A DNA stretch of 21,426 nucleotides from Tubiluchus corallicola (lineage: Eukaryota > Animalia > Priapulida), in contig JAQGDQ010002481.1 in NCBI GenBank assembly GCA_030141605.1, positions 1 through 21,426 on the forward strand, written 5' to 3'. The position numbers and the translations under genes were made by a program. The notes below the pieces were generated by a model, which searched no databases, had not been told where the DNA came from, and saw only the letters and a list, made by a program, of their open reading frames with translations. Positions 7,539 through 15,376 of this stretch are shown here, piece by piece (position 1 is the stretch's first letter; each line of letters begins with the position of its first letter).

Positions 7539-9611
7539 ATGAAACTATTTAACAAAAATAAGAAGAGCAGTGAGGGTGCATCCGACACCGGAGAGAGCTT
7601 TGTCACCGTCAGGGTACTGCAGGGCACGCCTGAAAGGATATTTTTCTGGCTCTGCGTCCTGACGTCTTTGGTGCATCTTTCATTTAATACATTCCTGCTC
7701 TTGCCCGAAATACAGAGAAACGCTATACACTACAGCTTATTTGTGGGGCTTGCGTATATGGTATACCCCTTGAGCAAGACTCATGCGAAGAAGACATTTG
7801 CCATTGATATAGCTCTTGGCATAATAGCATTTTGCTTGGGCTTCTATCTCGTTTTTTTTGAAGAATACCTCCATCTGCGCAACGAAGAGATGATACTGCC
7901 AGACATGATCGCAGCAGGTCTTGCCCTGATATTCCTCCTTGAGATAACTCGCCGCTCAGCCGGAATTGTTATACCTTTTTTATCTCTGTTCTTCATAACT
8001 TATGCTCTCTACTGGGGCAATTTTTTGACGGGTACTTGGAATTTTCCAGGCACAAGCTTAGAAAGGGTACTATATCGCATGTATTTTGCACCTGATGGCA
8101 TATTTGGCAATATTGCCACCATATCTTCCACTTTTGTCTTTTTGTTTGTGTTATTCGGGGCTTTTTTGGTCAAATCCGGAGCCGGAAACTTCATCCTGCA
8201 GATGGCCCTTTCCATATTTGGACACACTACCGGGGGACCCGCCAAGATGGCGATATTTGCCAGCGGACTTATGGGTTCAGTTTCCGGCAGCGCCATAGCA
8301 AACACTGTGGGAACGGGCTCTATCACCATACCTATGATGAAGGATACCGGTTTTCAGCCAAAATTTGCAGCAGCGGTGGAAGCCGCCGCATCCACCGGTG
8401 GACAACTCATGCCGCCCATAATGGGAGCCGGCGCATTTATAATGGCTCAATGGACACAAATTCCATATCTGACCATCGTTGCCTTGTCGTTTATCCCTGC
8501 ACTCATGTACTTCTTAACGGTAGCATTCTTCATACATTTTAAGGCAAAGTATGTCGGGCTAAAACCTATCCCAAAAGAGGAGCTGCCGAAGGTTAAAGAA
8601 GTATTCAAGGACGGATGGTTCTTCTTTATACCAATTATTACCTTAGTAGGCCTTATGATGTACGGCAAAACCCCTACCTTTGCCGCAAGTTGGTCCATTG
8701 TGGCTATTGTCGTATCTACTTGGTTCAGCAAAAAATATAGGATGGGGCCTAAAGATATAGTCGGTGCACTTGCCCTTGGGGCAAAAAATATGGTGGGGAC
8801 AGCCGTTGTTTTGTTGTGTTCCGGAGTTGTAGTAGGCATAGTTTTGTTGGTAAGTCTCGGGGCAAAGTTTTCATTCTTTGTCACAACAATAGCCGGGACA
8901 AATTTGCTGTTGTCCATATTGCTCATCGGGATAGCATCACTGATCCTCGGCATGGGGCTACCTGTGACAGCATCGTACATCATAATGGCAGCACTAAGCG
9001 CGCCATTCCTCGTCAACCTGTTGAAACTAAAATATGTGATGTCTACAAACCCTGAAATGTTCACTATGTTTGGGCTTAGTGTCGACATGGTGAAGGATCC
9101 TGCCATGGTGCAGCAAATATTTAATATAGCGGCCTCCCAGACACCACCAGAGATTGCGGTCGGCTTTTTGCTCGCTTCCCACTTGCTTATATTCTGGTAT
9201 TCTCAATGCGCAAATGTCACGCCACCTGTGTGTCTTGCGGCATACACCGCAGCTGGAATTGCTCATTCAAAACCTCTGCCCACCGGAGTACAAGCGTTTA
9301 AGATATCTCTGGGGCTGCTGATTATACCTGTGCTATTCATTTATCAGCCTGCGATACTATTCCAAGGCACTTTGATACAAACTGTCCAGAGCGTTGCATC
9401 AGGTCTTTTAGGTTTGATGTGTGTTGCTGTGACAATGGAGGGTTATTTCTTAAAGAAACTAACCAAAATTCATAGGATAGGATTTGCGTGTATAGCACTG
9501 ACGCTATTTTTGCCAAATCTGCTGTTTAACGCAGGTGCTGCCGCAGCGCTGGCTGCGATGGTTACTGTAATAGTCCTTGAGAAGAGGGTGCAAGCAGTCA
9601 GAAAGGCTTGA
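7539..9611 (+). CDS. TRAP transporter fused permease (4TM/12TM, DctQ-DctM fusion)
   Basis: Highly hydrophobic 690 aa; GGPAK, SGSAIAN, EAAASTGGQLMPPIMGAGAFIMA, LGMGLPVTASY and TPPV motifs; follows the TAXI receptor. Confidence 0.95.
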   Translation: MKLFNKNKKSSEGASDTGESFVTVRVLQGTPERIFFWLCVLTSLVHLSFNTFLLLPEIQRNAIHYSLFVGLAYMVYPLSKTHAKKTFAIDIALGIIAFCLGFYLVFFEEYLHLRNEEMILPDMIAAGLALIFLLEITRRSAGIVIPFLSLFFITYALYWGNFLTGTWNFPGTSLERVLYRMYFAPDGIFGNIATISSTFVFLFVLFGAFLVKSGAGNFILQMALSIFGHTTGGPAKMAIFASGLMGSVSGSAIANTVGTGSITIPMMKDTGFQPKFAAAVEAAASTGGQLMPPIMGAGAFIMAQWTQIPYLTIVALSFIPALMYFLTVAFFIHFKAKYVGLKPIPKEELPKVKEVFKDGWFFFIPIITLVGLMMYGKTPTFAASWSIVAIVVSTWFSKKYRMGPKDIVGALALGAKNMVGTAVVLLCSGVVVGIVLLVSLGAKFSFFVTTIAGTNLLLSILLIGIASLILGMGLPVTASYIIMAALSAPFLVNLLKLKYVMSTNPEMFTMFGLSVDMVKDPAMVQQIFNIAASQTPPEIAVGFLLASHLLIFWYSQCANVTPPVCLAAYTAAGIAHSKPLPTGVQAFKISLGLLIIPVLFIYQPAILFQGTLIQTVQSVASGLLGLMCVAVTMEGYFLKKLTKIHRIGFACIALTLFLPNLLFNAGAAAALAAMVTVIVLEKRVQAVRKA

Positions 9612-9622
9612 CGAAAGTATTC

Positions 9623-9663
9623 AAAAAAAGGCAAGCATTGTGATAGGTCTAAATGCTTGCCTT
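9623..9663 (-). terminator. Intrinsic terminator for the minus-strand DUF362-ccmD-like transcript (possibly bidirectional)
   Basis: Perfect 12-bp inverted repeat AAGGCAAGCATT (9628-9639)/AATGCTTGCCTT (9652-9663); the A7 run at 9623-9629 gives a U tract on the minus strand; lies between convergent genes. Confidence 0.8.
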
Positions 9664-9675
9664 GACTTCAAAGTT

Positions 9676-9804
9676 TCACTGATTCTCTAACCTTTTTATC
9701 CTTTCGCCGAGATCCCTCATCTTGCCGTTTAAGTAGACAAGATAAAGACCGAGGAATAGGCTTATGCTCCCGTAAGCTATTACCAAATGCCAAAAACCCT
9801 TCAT
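9676..9804 (-). CDS. CcmD-family-like small membrane protein (42 aa, absent from the ORF track)
   Basis: GGAGGG SD (9813-9808), ATG 9804, TGA 9678-9676. Translation MKGFWHLVIAYGSISLFLGLYLVYLNGKMRDLGERIKRLENQ: one TM helix with AY...Y followed by a basic amphipathic tail. Confidence 0.75.
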   Translation of the reverse strand: MKGFWHLVIAYGSISLFLGLYLVYLNGKMRDLGERIKRLENQ

Positions 9805-9818
9805 AAACCCTCCAAATT

Positions 9819-10895
9819 TTAGTCAATTTCCACTAATCGATATGCCGTGCTGCCGAAATTTATCTTCTCAGCGTGCTCAAAAAGCGTTTCCGGATTTAGG
9901 TGGGGGTGATGCCCTTCGATGGGGTTGTCTGTACCCATCTGTTTTGATATCAAATCCCAAGAAGCTTTATCAATAGCCACCGGATCAGAAGATGCAAGAT
10001 AGCCTATATCGTGCGTAATCGGCGCGTCGTTTGCCGGGACACAATCGCAATCGGGGCTCATATTTGTGAGAAAATTAATGTAGACTATCTTCCCGTCAAA
10101 ATAGTTGTGTAGGGCGGATGCGTACTCCACCATTTTTTTCACAGTACTTCCCGCTGCTTCATCCCAAGGTACAAGAATAGCTCCCTCTGGGCAAAACGCA
10201 ATACATCTGGAGCAACCAACGCACACATTCGGATCTATGAACGCCTTTTTATCCCGCATGGAGATGGCTCTAACCTGGCACGAAGGCAAGCACTTTCCGC
10301 AAGCCGTACACCTTTTACTCTTCACCTTCGGTCTGCTGGCGCTGTGCATCTCCATCTTGCCACCCCTGGGGGCGCATCCCATGGAAATATTTTTTATGGC
10401 TCCTCCAAAACTTGTCAACTCATGTCCCTTAAAGTGACTCACCACAAAAAGTTTATCAGAATTCAGTATTTCAGAAGCAAACTCAGCCTGCTTAAGCAAT
10501 TCTCCATCGGGCACATCAATATGGGATGAAAGCTCTCCTCTCATACCGTCCGCAATGATTATCGGCACCTGAAGAGTTGAGTAATTGAAACCGTTTAACG
10601 CTGCGTTGTGAAGGTGATCCACAGAGTTTGTCCTCATACCAACGTAGAGGGTGTTCGTGTCCGTAAGATAAGGGTTTGCCCCCACTGATCTCAACTTCTC
10701 CAAGATTGGGCGCAAAAAAATGGGCCTAATGTATGCCGTATTCCCAAGCTCCCCAAAGTGGACCTTGACGGCAGTAATGTCATTCCTGCCATAATATTTA
10801 TCAAAACCAGCATGCTCAAGAAGGGACGAAATTTTGTCCATTTGAGACATACCCCTCACCGATTTTAGTGGAGAAAAATAGACTTCTGGATGCAT
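9819..10895 (-). CDS. DUF362 domain protein with inserted 2x[4Fe-4S] ferredoxin domain
   Basis: AVKVHFGELGN, LTDTNTLY, SHFKGH...GGAIKNISMGCA, CTACGKCLPSC and CVGCSRCIAFCP, PDCDC and ASSDPVAIDKAS motifs. Confidence 0.92.
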   Translation of the reverse strand: MHPEVYFSPLKSVRGMSQMDKISSLLEHAGFDKYYGRNDITAVKVHFGELGNTAYIRPIFLRPILEKLRSVGANPYLTDTNTLYVGMRTNSVDHLHNAALNGFNYSTLQVPIIIADGMRGELSSHIDVPDGELLKQAEFASEILNSDKLFVVSHFKGHELTSFGGAIKNISMGCAPRGGKMEMHSASRPKVKSKRCTACGKCLPSCQVRAISMRDKKAFIDPNVCVGCSRCIAFCPEGAILVPWDEAAGSTVKKMVEYASALHNYFDGKIVYINFLTNMSPDCDCVPANDAPITHDIGYLASSDPVAIDKASWDLISKQMGTDNPIEGHHPHLNPETLFEHAEKINFGSTAYRLVEID

Positions 10896-10963
10896 ATATC
10901 ACAACCCCCTACAAAAAAGATAGAAATCACCGAAAACGTATGAAAACCGTAGCCATACTTAGG

Positions 10964-10992
10964 ATGATAATGGATGAACCGCATATATGCAA
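10964..10992 (-). promoter_or_regulatory. Sigma70-type promoter for the DUF362 gene
   Basis: Minus strand TTGCAT (10992-10987)-17 bp-TATCAT (10969-10964), with an AT-rich upstream tract. Confidence 0.5.
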
Positions 10993-11092
10993 CTTAAAAA
11001 ATATAAAGAAAAAGCTAACAAAACGAACTTTTTGTGTGTTAGTATAGTTATACTCGTTGTGGGTACAATTTTATTAACGAAAGGTTTTAGAT

Positions 11093-11881
11093 ATGTCAGA
11101 AACTAGAAGAAATAAGGCGGATTACGCTGTTAAGGCTGTTACTAGTGCGGTTTCTATACTGGAATTGCTGTCTTTGTCGGAGCATGAGCTCACTTTAATG
11201 GACATAGCGGATGCTTTGAAGTTGACGAAGCTCAACTGCAGTAAGCTGCTTGCAACCTTGAGCGAATACGGTTATGTGGAGCAGAGCAGGTATACTAACA
11301 ACTACCGGTTGGGCATAAAAACGTTTCAAATATCCAACGCTTATATAAATAAGCTGAATGTAATAGAAGCGTCCAACGATTATCTGCACAATCTATCAAA
11401 ATCGTTAAATGAATCGGCACATATCAGCATTCTTCAAGACGGAAATGTGGTTTACCTCAATGCCATAGAGACGAGCTCCCCAGTACGAGTTGTTCCGCGG
11501 TTGGGTAACTTCGGTCCAGCTTACGCCACAGCCACCGGCAAGGCGCAGCTGTCGTGCCTTGATACAAAGAAGGTGGAGGGTTACTACAGCAAGGGGTTTA
11601 CAAAGTATACTGAGAACACCATAAGCAATATCGCAGACCTCTTGGTGGAGCTTGAAATCGTCAGGAAGAACGGATATGCGGTGGACAACGAAGAATATCA
11701 GCCTTGTGTTGTCTGTGTCGGCGCTCCGATACAAAACTTTATGGGCAAGGTTATATGCGGAATAAGTGTTGTCGCTCCTAAGGAAAGGATGGACGAGGAC
11801 AGGATAGAAAATATCATCGCTCCAGCCGTGGTGGCCTCTGCTGACAGCATATCAGCAAAATTCGGTTTCGCTAAGCAGTAG
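11093..11881 (+). CDS. IclR family transcriptional regulator
   Basis: N-terminal wHTH (LTLMDIADALKL...LLATLSEYGYVEQ...YRLG); C-terminal PAYATATGKAQL, GYAVDNEE and CVGAPI motifs. Confidence 0.95.
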   Translation: MSETRRNKADYAVKAVTSAVSILELLSLSEHELTLMDIADALKLTKLNCSKLLATLSEYGYVEQSRYTNNYRLGIKTFQISNAYINKLNVIEASNDYLHNLSKSLNESAHISILQDGNVVYLNAIETSSPVRVVPRLGNFGPAYATATGKAQLSCLDTKKVEGYYSKGFTKYTENTISNIADLLVELEIVRKNGYAVDNEEYQPCVVCVGAPIQNFMGKVICGISVVAPKERMDEDRIENIIAPAVVASADSISAKFGFAKQ

Positions 11882-12201
11882 TTGCCCCGATAAATTTCAG
11901 CTCGACACGTTGTCCCTAAAGGCTGCAATACCGGCGAAGTCCGGTTTTGCTTAAGCAGTAGTTGCCCCGATAAATTTCAGCTCGACACGTTGCCCCTAAA
12001 GGCTGCAATACCGGCAAAGTCCGGTTTTGCTTGAGCAGCGGTTGCCCCGATAAATTCCAGCTCGACACGTTGTCCACAAAGGCTTCAATACCGGCAAAGT
12101 TCGGTTTTTGCTTAAGCAACGGTTGCCCCGATAAATTCCAGCTCGACACGTTGTCCCTAAAGGCTGCAATACCGGCAAAGTTCGGTTTTGCTTAAGCAGT
12201 G
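11843..12201. repeat. Direct tandem array of an 80-bp unit: four full copies plus a diverged partial copy inside the IclR 3' end
   Basis: Units start at 11881, 11961, 12041 (81 bp, extra T) and 12122. Unit 4: GTTGCCCCGATAAATTCCAGCTCGACACGTTGTCCCTAAAGGCTGCAATACCGGCAAAGTTCGGTTTTGCTTAAGCAGTG. Units differ by a few substitutions and there are no unique spacers. Confidence 0.97.
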
Positions 12202-12265
12202 GCATTGTCAAATCACGTCCGGTCTGTGGCACCCGAAGAAATATTCTGTCAGGACGAGCCGGAAG

Positions 12266-12334
12266 TGTCCCATGACATCTTCAGCGAGGATGCCCGTTTT
12301 TCAAAAACATAGGGGGCTGAAGGTCATCCCGACA
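12266..12334. other. Long imperfect hairpin just downstream of the minus-strand operon's last stop codon
   Basis: TGTC/GACA, ATGAC/GTCAT and CTTCAGC/GCTGAAG nested stems, with inner CCC-GTTTT/AAAAC-GGG. Confidence 0.6.
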
Positions 12335-12341
12335 GGGCTAT

Positions 12342-13063
12342 CTACCTTCTCTTTATTTTTTGACCTTTGAGGTGCATTTGATAAGCTTTGCCGCCATCAG
12401 GGCTCTTGCCGAGGTGCATCTGCATCCATATGGGTCCGTATGTTTGCATCTTCATTTTCTTATTGTTTCTTAAGGCGTTCATCAAGTTTTCCACCTTTTC
12501 ATCCTGTGGAAGCTTTTTGTGTCCTAAATTGAGGATTTCAACCGCCTTTGCCTTGTCCCCCATCTCCACCAAAAGGTACGCATAAAGGCTGTACACAAAC
12601 CCCTCTTTTGCGTTCTTTTTCACCGCCTTGTCCATGACAGCCCTCACCTTTTCGTAATCCTTCTCCATGAAATAGATGCCTGCTCTCATACATTGCGCCA
12701 ACCAGTTCTTAACCATGCCGCGATCAAGGTAAGACTTTGCCTCATTAAACCTCTTCTTCACATAGTACAACATACCTATTTGGGAGTTAATCTGCTCCTT
12801 CATGTAAAACTGCCAATGGTTGTAAACATAGCCTTTTTTGAGCTTTTCTATGGCTACATCATATTTATCAGCCTTGATATCTTTCTCAACTCGGACAAAA
12901 AGCGACTGTATCTTTTTCAAAAATATTCTGCTCATCAAAAGATTTGTCGCAAAAAGACGACAAATCCCAAAATACCCGCAAGCAGCGGACTATTTGTGAT
13001 GACAAAATAGGAAAAGAACATAACAGCGAGCGAAAAAGTGACAGACATCGCAACAGTATACAT
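12342..13063 (-). CDS. Membrane-anchored TPR-like protein; frameshifted near 12951-12955 in this sequence
   Basis: GAGGTG SD and ATG at 13063 give hydrophobic MYTVAMSVTFSLAVMFFSYFVITNSPLLAGILGFVVF, which stops at 12937-12935. Adding one T to the T5 run joins it to ORF 12342..12938 (helical repeats such as IGMLYYVKKRFNEAKSYL and YAYLLVEMGDKAKAVEIL), giving 240 aa. Confidence 0.75.
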
Positions 13064-13090
13064 TATAACACCTCAAACCAATCTGCATTC

Positions 13091-13993
13091 CTAATCAAAG
13101 CAATACGGATAAGTGTTCACATAACCTAATTTGCTTTTAAATATCGGAGTAATAGATATATCAAAACATCTGTAATTCGTCAATTGTTTAGATGCTATAC
13201 GCAGAACAGCCGAACGAACGCTATGTTCCGCAAAGACATCACCTGATACGGACAGCTTGACTGAGTACTCAACTGCACCATCCGGAGCGCCCCACGTTAT
13301 GAGAAGAACTTCATCGCTGGACAACACATTTATGTTCTGCACGACAGACGAGCCCACATTTTTGTTCTCCAATACGTAGGGGAACCCTTCATTGAGATGC
13401 TCATCATACGGAAGTAGCTTCAACGTTTCAACGCTGCCAAGGGGCAGATCCACCTCAAAATAACCTCTTAGCTCTCCCGTATCGGTACGTTGTTTGCTGG
13501 CAATCCCTCGGAGTTCAGAGTTTATAAAGACCTTTGCACCGTAGTATTTGTCAGAAAATGAAAAATTTCCACAGACATTGTTTCCACATTCATAGAAATC
13601 CACATCATGAACCTTTACAGGCGGGCTATAGATGATATTTTTATAGATGCTCTCAGAGTAATTGCCGCTCCCTATCTCATAATACCTCAGCATGTAATAA
13701 TATCGCTCTCCGGCCTTTATATCTCTATCCACAAACACTACATCAAACTCAACATCGCCAACCTTCTCATAAACGCCTGGGCATCCGCACTTTTCGCTGT
13801 ATTCTGCCCTGTACACCATCAGCAAATAGTTGGGATTGTCATTGTGGAAGCTAACGCTGTCGTCGGTTATAATAAAGCTTGATGTGGACGGCTTGGGCAA
13901 ATAGGAAGAGGTGCGGGGAATAGGATCAGTTTTAAACCCGCAACTTGTAATAAAGAACACCGACAACAATAAGCTAGTTAGTGTTTTCGTCAT
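13091..13993 (-). CDS. Lipoprotein with beta-rich, fibronectin type III-like domains
   Basis: Signal peptide with lipobox ITS|C, then CGFKTDPIP; VYR...FVDRDIKAGERYYY and LITW...VEYSV are FN3-like patterns; overlaps the argH end by 20 nt. Confidence 0.75.
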   Translation of the reverse strand: MTKTLTSLLLSVFFITSCGFKTDPIPRTSSYLPKPSTSSFIITDDSVSFHNDNPNYLLMVYRAEYSEKCGCPGVYEKVGDVEFDVVFVDRDIKAGERYYYMLRYYEIGSGNYSESIYKNIIYSPPVKVHDVDFYECGNNVCGNFSFSDKYYGAKVFINSELRGIASKQRTDTGELRGYFEVDLPLGSVETLKLLPYDEHLNEGFPYVLENKNVGSSVVQNINVLSSDEVLLITWGAPDGAVEYSVKLSVSGDVFAEHSVRSAVLRIASKQLTNYRCFDISITPIFKSKLGYVNTYPYCFD

Positions 13994-15362
13994 CTATAAA
14001 GCTCCTAGCACAAGCCAACTGTTCCATTACGCTGGGGCGGGATGTGGAACCATATGAGTTTCTGGAGTTTACCACAGAAGCCACATCCAAAACGGAGTAC
14101 ACCCCTTCATCTATAACCGAGCAGAAGTCTTTGAATTCCGATAGTTGAATATCTTCCAATTTTTTCCCACATCTGCAGGCAAAAGCAACTATTTTACCGA
14201 CAACTTCGTGGCTCTCCCTAAATGTCAACCCCTTTTTAGCCAAATAATCCGCTAAATCCGTTGCATTTGAATAGCCGCTAGATGCGGCAGACAACATATT
14301 CTCCTCTTTGCAATCCATGCTTTTGAGCATCGGAGTAATAACTCTTAAAGAATTGATCAACGTCGTAACTGCATCAAATGTCTGCTCCTTATCCTCTTGC
14401 ATATCTTTATTGTAAGCTAGAGGCAACCCCTTCATGGTAGTGAGTAGAGACATAAGGCTACCATAAACCCTGCCGGTCTTCCCCCGGATAAGCTCGGGAA
14501 CATCCGGATTTTTCTTCTGAGGCATGATGCTGGAGCCTGTAGTATATTGATCTCCAAGTTCTAAAAAGTCAAACTGTGTGGAAGAAAATATTATGAGCTC
14601 TTCAGACAATCTCGATAGATGCATCATGCATATGGATGCAAAAGATAGAAACTCCAATACGAAATCTCTATTTGATACGGTATCCAAACTATTTTCGCTA
14701 GGTTTTTCAAAACCGAGCTTTTTTGCAACAGCAAACCTGTCAATGTCAAAAGAGGTGCCCCCGAGAGCGCAAGCCCCTAGTGGACACTCAACCATACCTT
14801 CACGCAAGCTCTTAAAACGCAAATAATCACGTCGAAACATCTGATAGTAACTCAAAAGCCAGTGGGAATAAAGTATGGGTTGAGCAACTTGAAGGTGCGT
14901 AAATCCGGGCATTATTACCTCAACATTCTTCTCAGACTTGTCCACAATAACGGTCATTAACTCCAGAAGCAGGGACGTGACATCCAAACATTTGTCTTTA
15001 ATGTAGAGCGTAAAATCGAGGCAGACTTGATCATTGCGGCTTCTTGCGGTGTGCAGTTTGCCTCCAACGGGCCCGATAATTTCAGTCAAGCGTTTCTCAA
15101 CACTCATGTGAATATCTTCGTCCTCCACACAAAACTTAAAATCACCCCGCTCTATCTCATCCTCAACGCTTCTAAGACCGGTCGCTATTTTATCAAACTC
15201 ATCTTTAGTCAAAATCCCCTGAAGATAGAGCATCTCTCCATGGGCAAGACTGCCTTGTATGTCGTATTTGTAAAGAAGTTTGTCAAACTCAATGGATGCG
15301 TTAAACTCTTCCACAAGCCTATCTGTAGGTACGCTAAAACGCCCCTGCCAAAGTTTATTCAT
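13974..15362 (-). CDS. argH: Argininosuccinate lyase
   Basis: KLWQGRF, EDIH, KLHTARSRNDQV, MPGFTHLQVAQP, the GSSIMPQKKNPD signature and YNKDMQEDK. Confidence 0.98.
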   Translation of the reverse strand: MNKLWQGRFSVPTDRLVEEFNASIEFDKLLYKYDIQGSLAHGEMLYLQGILTKDEFDKIATGLRSVEDEIERGDFKFCVEDEDIHMSVEKRLTEIIGPVGGKLHTARSRNDQVCLDFTLYIKDKCLDVTSLLLELMTVIVDKSEKNVEVIMPGFTHLQVAQPILYSHWLLSYYQMFRRDYLRFKSLREGMVECPLGACALGGTSFDIDRFAVAKKLGFEKPSENSLDTVSNRDFVLEFLSFASICMMHLSRLSEELIIFSSTQFDFLELGDQYTTGSSIMPQKKNPDVPELIRGKTGRVYGSLMSLLTTMKGLPLAYNKDMQEDKEQTFDAVTTLINSLRVITPMLKSMDCKEENMLSAASSGYSNATDLADYLAKKGLTFRESHEVVGKIVAFACRCGKKLEDIQLSEFKDFCSVIDEGVYSVLDVASVVNSRNSYGSTSRPSVMEQLACARSFIDDENTN

Positions 15363-15376
15363 AAGCCAACACCTTG

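Noticed and set aside
8447-9106. 219-aa antisense ORF and other shadow ORFs in the track (e.g. 3769..4218, 8009..8329, 17602..17964)
   Set aside because: They lie opposite or within well-supported genes and have no recognisable motifs.
9715-9781. Hairpins (ATCTTG/CAAGAT, GCTTA/TAAGC) suggesting an ncRNA between the permease and DUF362
   Set aside because: The region is better explained by the 42-codon CcmD-like ORF with SD and terminator; the stems are short.
11881-12201. CRISPR or other guide-RNA array interpretation of the repeats
   Set aside because: The whole 80-bp unit is repeated with only scattered substitutions; there are no unique spacer segments and no cas, nuclease or reverse transcriptase gene in the window.
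12202-12341. SRP RNA, 6S RNA or attC site
   Set aside because: The SRP domain IV motif is not properly matched, the region is short for 6S, and no RYYYAAC/GTTRRRY ends flank the hairpin.
11698-12370. Short ORFs over the repeat (11698..11928, 11916..12149, 11996..12232, 12188..12370)
   Set aside because: The period of 80 shifts frame each unit, the ORFs overlap in different frames and lack convincing SD sites; they are by-products of the repeat.
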